In this document: piece after piece, positions 54,382-64,000 of the stretch
How positions within the stretch are numbered: position 1 is the stretch's first letter
Layout of the letters: every line of letters starts with the position of its first letter
NCBI GenBank assembly: GCA_951406725.2
Contig: OX597817.1
Location: 33,604,001-33,668,000, forward strand
Length of the DNA stretch: 64,000 nucleotides
From: Octopus vulgaris
Taxonomy: Eukaryota
Direction: 5' to 3'
The notes under the pieces: model-generated
What the model was told of the DNA's origin: nothing
The model's database searches: none
The model's input: only the letters and a program-made list of their open reading frames with translations
Made by a program: the position numbers and the translations under genes

Positions 54382-54740
54382 CTTTATTTTAAGCAGCAGA
54401 GAATTCAACAAAATCTGTTACTCTGAGTTTCTCGTTGCCGTTCATCAGACAGTTTTTGCTAGAATGGAACCGATATATCAATTCAATCTATACTCTTACA
54501 AACACTACACCTTTAAAAAGAAATGGACTTGTTTGATTGGCCCTTTAGAAAAAACGGGAGTATAGATTGAATTGATATATCGGTTCCATTCTAGCAAAAA
54601 CTGTCTGATGAACGGCAACGAGAAACTCAGAGTAACAGATTTTGTTGAATTCTCTGCTGCTTAAAATAAAGCATATTACTCTACCACTGGTATTTGAGTA
54701 CTCTTTTTTCCACCTTGTTTCACATTTATGTGTTTACTCC

Positions 54741-54742
<2 letters not shown>
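54382..54742 (+). mobile_element. Penelope-like terminus with a 114-bp inverted duplication, inside (TA)n
   Basis: Arms 54382-54495 and 54558-54671 are reverse complements with a 62-bp spacer; contains a hammerhead motif. Confidence 0.78.
54601..54638 (+). ncRNA. Minimal type I hammerhead ribozyme (predicted; mirror copy on the minus strand at 54415-54452)
   Basis: CUGU-CUGAUGA-A CG GCAA CG A-GAAA-CUC A GAG-UA-ACAG; the stem II closing pair is A.A (non-canonical). Confidence 0.68.
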
Positions 54743-54805
<63 letters not shown>

Positions 54806-54819
54806 AAATACTAAAGAGT

Positions 54820-55588
54820 AGATTTATTAAATAAAATCGCCATTGGCTTCAACCACACCCACCAGACGACCTTGGAATTTTCTGCAATTCTTCTGGACGG
54901 TCTCCTTGTATAAGTTAGTGAATGCTGCCATAATCCTTGCCTTCAGTTCATCTTGGTGTTACAAGGTGTTCTGTTGGTCTCTTGCTCAGCTCCACCCTAC
55001 ACATAATAATCAAGTGAGTTGCAGTCTGGGGAGTTAGGTGGCCAGATGTTAGGGGTGATATGGTCGCAAAAATTGTCTGACAGCCATGACTGGGTTCTCC
55101 TGCTTGTGTCGCATGATGCAGAGTCCTGTTGACAGACATAGGGTCTTCCAGCAGGTACCCTCCTGACCCAGGGTAGCACTACCTACTCCAGGCACTTGAT
55201 GGAGGCCTCCATGTTGAGTCTGAGGCCGTGTGGGAAGATGAATGGAAGCATAACGTCACCATCAATAGTGAGCACTCGAAACGCCATGATGTTGACCGGA
55301 TGCTTGATTTTTATCACTCTTGGTACATGTACTCAGATTGCACTGTCCTCAGATTGACACCCAAACACTTTGAAATGTTCGTATTTGAGCTTCCGGCGCG
55401 ATTGACAAGCAGTACAGCATGTCGTTTCAAAATTTCTGGCGGATTGAATTGTGCGATGGGGGTGAGGTTTTTATCACAGACGGTGCCCAACTGACCCGAC
55501 TATACTGTGTAGTCGACAAAATCAAAAGTGAGCAATGCACATGCGCAAAATAAAACGTATCAATGGCCATAATTTACCTAGCGCACCT

Positions 55589-55595
<7 letters not shown>
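54820..55595 (-). mobile_element. Tc1/mariner element (maT/DD37D-like), internally deleted
   Basis: KHPVNIMAF.V...DGDVMLPFIFPHGLRLN...LPWVRRV..GRPYVCQQDSA...WPPNSPDCNSLDYYV; terminal ..caaggtgcgctaggtaaatt next to (TA)n. Confidence 0.85.
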
Positions 55596-55636
<41 letters not shown>

Positions 55637-56484
55637 TATTATATAATCTATATATATAATATTATATAATCTATATATATAATATATATAACCTATATAT
55701 ATATATATAATATTATATAATCTATATATGTAATATTATATAATCTACATATATAAATAATATATTATATAATATATATAAATATATATATAAATAATAT
55801 ATTATATAGTATATATATATATATAATTTCTTTGTTTAATTTTATTTTATTAACCTTTTTGTTGCTTTACTTTTAATACGCAATTCATTTTGTTAAGATA
55901 TTTTATAGTATTGAACTTGTTTCATAGATATTGATCTAAGCTTGTCCTTTTCCTTGTACATTGTTTGAGGACGTTGTTTACGAGATGCACTGTTCAGTTA
56001 ATCTTTATTAGGCTTGTTTGGGAAGTGATATAATGTTGATTGAGAAATAAAATATCTAGTTGTCTAAGTTTTTTTGAATTGTCTGAATGTCATTTTTGGA
56101 ATAAATTTTTTGTTATAAATATTATTTGTTAGCTATAATTTGTCACTATTTGTTCATTTTGATGTTGTTACTTGTTGTAATATGATGGTTGATTCCCAGG
56201 CAGCATTTATATTTTTAACGGTGTTGACATCACGGGATTGAATGGTACTGTTCAGGTGTCGAAACCATAGTGATATCTGTTTGGTACCTGATGATGGGAA
56301 TACACTTTTGTTATGCTTCATTGCGAATTTCTCATACCTTAGTCCTATTATTCTGAGTTGTCCTTCATTCTTAAAAAGTGCAAAGTGTCTGTGGTGATCA
56401 CTAAAATTGGTTTTGTTTGATTTTCTTCATAGGTAATCTTATTAGACTTATAAATTGGTGTGTGATTTTGGGAGGTTCTGTAAC

Positions 56485-56542
<58 letters not shown>

Positions 56543-56599
56543 ATGTACATATATGTATATATGTATATATGTATGTATATGTATATATATATACATATA

Positions 56600-56998
56600 T
56601 AAGGGCGGAGGAACTCTTGAGAGTCAACGGCCATCCAATAAATGTCTTAAGGCTGTATCATGCGCGGGGACATAGAAATAATCGGACTGAATACCCGATC
56701 GCGCGGTTAAACCATTGGGAGTGAAGGACTCCTAGCCTTTGTTAGGGCATCCTTCTAGGAGAAGGTAACTCAGGCAACTGGGATAGCCCCGACATAAAAC
56801 ATGCGGTTCGGTGGTTCCCGATGATGTTGACTTGTTCTTCTTTTCGAATTATGGCTGCTGTTGCTTAGTGAGTGGGATTGACTCAGTGCACAGCCTTTCC
56901 TCACTTTAAAAACAATCTTCTTGCACAGGCATTGCATGACAACACTGATTAAGCTTCGTGCAATGGCCATACTCGATAAGGAGGGGGCAGCCACCATG
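56600..56998 (+). mobile_element. Short non-coding insert in (TA)n, probably a non-autonomous RTE derivative
   Basis: tagggcatccttctaggagaaggtaactc resembles RTE 5'UTR motifs; 3' end ...gggggcagccaccat; no ORF. The family call is from memory of RTE UTRs. Confidence 0.4.
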
Positions 56999-58961
<1,963 letters not shown>

Positions 58962-59175
58962 AATGTCTCTCCTCGCCAGACATCGATGTGAAACTTCAAC
59001 AATTCATGTCTGTAATGCAAGCCATATGCTATAAATGTGTCCCAGAGAGAAAGGCCACTGTACACAAGAACAAAATCCCCAGAGAGAGGAAAATTTTAAT
59101 GAGACGGCGTACGAAATTTTCAAATCGCCTAAACAAACAGATTGAAAGCAGTGAAAAGTCCCGCCTAAAAATAAA
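58962..59175 (+). mobile_element. Duplicate of the first 214 bp of the adjacent LINE
   Basis: Matches 59435-59648 except for two substitutions I can see. Confidence 0.92.
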
Positions 59176-59181
59176 TATATT

Positions 59182-62520
<3,339 letters not shown>

Positions 62521-62724
62521 GGAATAGATAAATAAAAAAATAAAAAAATAAAAAAATATAAAAAATAAAAAGTAAAAAATAAAAAAATAAAATAAAATAA
62601 AAAAATAAAAATAAAAATATAAAAAAATATATATAAAAAAATATATATATAAAATATATATATACAAAAATATATATATATAAAAAAGGGGGATAGAGTT
62701 ATAGGTAAATAAGGAGATTCTCAC

Positions 62725-63298
62725 TTATACCTATACACACATATATACGTATACACACACATACATACATACACATATATATACACACACATATACATAT
62801 ATACATATATATACATACATATACATACCTACACATACACACATACATACATACAAATATACATATACATATATATATATACAATCAATACAGGCCCATT
62901 CCCTAATTTTAATTTTATTATCTTCATTTATTACTTTTGTTATCTTTGATCGCTAGGGCTAAGAATCCTGAATCTATTACTGGCAATGGCTGCAGTCCAT
63001 TTGTCTGTCTACTAGAAGGCAAGTACTCATTCCCGCACGCACACTCATTAGCACGTACATTCACCCATTCGTACACTCATACACATACACGTACGCACGC
63101 GTTATATTCATACATACAAACATCTACATACGTTCACGTATATACACATACGTACTCGTACCTACAGATTCGTGTCTACACTTTAGGAGGCTAGACTATA
63201 CATATACACCAATAAATATACATATATATATATATATATATACCCGCATATACATACACACACACACATATATATATACTCCTACATACAGATACATA

Positions 63299-63333
<35 letters not shown>

Positions 63334-63339
63334 GCATAC

Positions 63340-63370
<31 letters not shown>

Positions 63371-63860
63371 CATACACATACACACATACATATACACACA
63401 CATACATACATATATATATACATACACAAACATATATACACACATATATATATACATACACACATACACACATACATACGTATACATACATACATACATC
63501 CATACATCCATACTTACATGCATTTATACGCATACACACACCCATCTATATATATGCATATATATATATATATATATATACACACTCACACATACATATA
63601 CAAATCCACGCACACACATACATACATACACGTATACGCATACACGCACATACACATATACATGCGTACCCATACACGTGCACACACGCACGCATCCATA
63701 TATATACACACACACATATATATACACACGTGTGCAAGCATACATACATACTCATACGCGCACACATACTTACAAATACATATATGCACACACTTACACA
63801 CATATATATACATACACATATACATGCATACATACATATATGCATACATACACACACTCA

Positions 63861-63930
<70 letters not shown>

Positions 63931-64000
63931 CATACATAGATACACATACGCATACATACACATACACATACATACACACATATATACACATATATATATA
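62725..64000. repeat. (TA)/(CA)/(TACA) compound low-complexity region
   Basis: Directly visible, with a short unique stretch near 62890-63030. Confidence 0.93.

Noticed and set aside
55860-56460. Minus-strand ~85-codon open stretch (RYEKFAMKHNK...)
   Set aside because: No recognisable motif; may be a TE relic but cannot be supported.

Overview
This is eukaryotic, AT-rich, microsatellite-laden DNA made almost entirely of transposable elements and their relics. The SINE repertoire and (TA)n/(ATAC)n load look like a cephalopod (Octopus-like) genome; that assignment is inference from pattern recognition, not a search. I see no host gene exon, rRNA, true tRNA or CRISPR array. The only long real ORF is a 5'-truncated CR1-group LINE reverse transcriptase (59436-61688). 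Other elements present: three abundant tRNA-derived SINE families (A, B, C), many copies with clear target-site duplications (TSDs); four mariner fragments and one Tc1/maT fragment; two MITEs; three non-autonomous Helitrons; R4/Dong, HERO, RTE and older CR1 relics; and several Penelope-like element (PLE) termini. The most interesting signals: (i) three sequence-unrelated type I hammerhead-ribozyme folds at PLE-like ends next to (TA)n, two with an inverted copy of the terminus; (ii) SINE tails matching putative partner LINE 3' ends within this same window; (iii) SINE-B copies with tandemly multiplied bodies inside a single TSD; (iv) repeated long inverted duplications able to form dsRNA. None of this needs a wholly new system to explain it, but the ribozymes and SINE/LINE pairs may be unannotated. 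Coordinates were read by eye and may be off by a few bases.
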